A DNA stretch of 54,734 nt from Betaproteobacteria bacterium. GTDB lineage: Bacteria; Pseudomonadota; Gammaproteobacteria; Burkholderiales; SG8-41. How positions within the stretch are numbered: position 1 is the first letter of the stretch; every line of letters begins with the position of its first letter. The position numbers and the translations under genes are program-made. The notes below the pieces were generated by a model, which saw only the letters and a program-made list of their open reading frames with translations, searched no databases and had not been told where the DNA came from. The stretch spans positions 1 through 54,734 of the forward strand of contig JAQGMV010000252.1 of NCBI GenBank assembly GCA_028292225.1. The letters run 5' to 3'. Below are positions 54,288-54,734 of the stretch, piece by piece.

Positions 54288-54427
54288 TTTACAGCCGATA
54301 AGTGTGGGCACTTGGTTTTGAGGGTGCCGCGTTGATCTTCGGATCATCTCGGAATCTCAAAGCAATTGTAGTTTGAAGTGCTCGCACGACAGTAATAACG
54401 TCAAGCGAGAGTAGCACTTGCAGTGAT

Positions 54428-54734
54428 TAAACTGAAGAGTTTGATCCTGGCTCAGATTGAACGCTGGCGGCATGCCTTACACATGCAAGTCGAACGGCAG
54501 CGCGGGGCAACCTGGCGGCGAGTGGCGAACGGGTGAGTAATATATCGGAACGTGCCCTGGAGTGGGGGATAACGCAGCGAAAGTTGCGCTAATACCGCAT
54601 ACGATCTAAGGATGAAAGCAGGGGACCGCAAGGCCTTGTGCTCCTGGAGCGGCCGATATCTGATTAGCTAGTTGGTGGGGTAAAGGCCTACCAAGGCATC
54701 GATCAGTAGCTGGTCTGAGAGGACGACCAGCCAC
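54428..54734 (+). rRNA. rrs: 16S ribosomal RNA, 5' end (continues beyond the window)
   Basis: AAACTGAAGAGTTTGATCCTGGCTCAGATTGAACGCTGGCGGCATGCCTTACACATGCAAGTCGAACGG is the universal 27F region plus a betaproteobacterial-type helix 6 region. Confidence 0.97.

Noticed and set aside
1-54734. Genomic island, prophage or mobile element, including use of the tRNA-fMet gene as an integration site.
   Set aside because: No integrase, transposase, recombinase, phage structural or conjugation gene was found on either strand. No long direct repeats flank any block. The only hint of rearrangement is the M48 stub at 16608-16821.

Overview
54.7-kb chromosomal window from a visibly high-GC betaproteobacterium. 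It looks Burkholderiales-like, judged from the partial 16S gene at the 3' end and four Bug/TctC solute-binding genes; this needs BLAST confirmation. I support about 50 protein genes, one tRNA and the 5' end of a 16S rRNA.

Gene content:
- Housekeeping: recQ, pfk, rhlE-like DEAD-box helicase, trpH-yciO, M50 protease, trpS, scpAB, ligD.
- Scattered catabolic enzymes next to orphan TctC binding proteins.
- An OMF-MFP-RND efflux operon.

I found no CRISPR array, cas gene, transposase, integrase or phage gene, and no classical DNA-binding transcription factor. Many long ORFs in the six-frame track are antisense or out-of-frame artefacts of the high GC content. The track also prints GTG/TTG starts as M, so several starts were re-set using RBS, signal peptide or family N-terminus.

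Most unusual observations:
1. A tightly packed partner-switching module (STAS, MBL-fold hydrolase, CHASE2-PP2C phosphatase, RsbW-like kinase) with a FecR/OmpA periplasmic pair and a six-EF-hand lipoprotein, but no sigma factor or other obvious output.
2. A family of AT-rich intergenic elements built from tandem heptamers (AGTGNTN) in inverted-repeat arrangement. There are three copies, and two of them bracket yciO.
3. An rRNA leader with three 92-nt-spaced promoter units, a fourth strong promoter, two boxA copies and an initiator tRNA upstream of 16S.
4. An orphan CbbQ/CbbO-type AAA+/VWA pair, a LigD without an adjacent Ku, and an M48 peptidase remnant.
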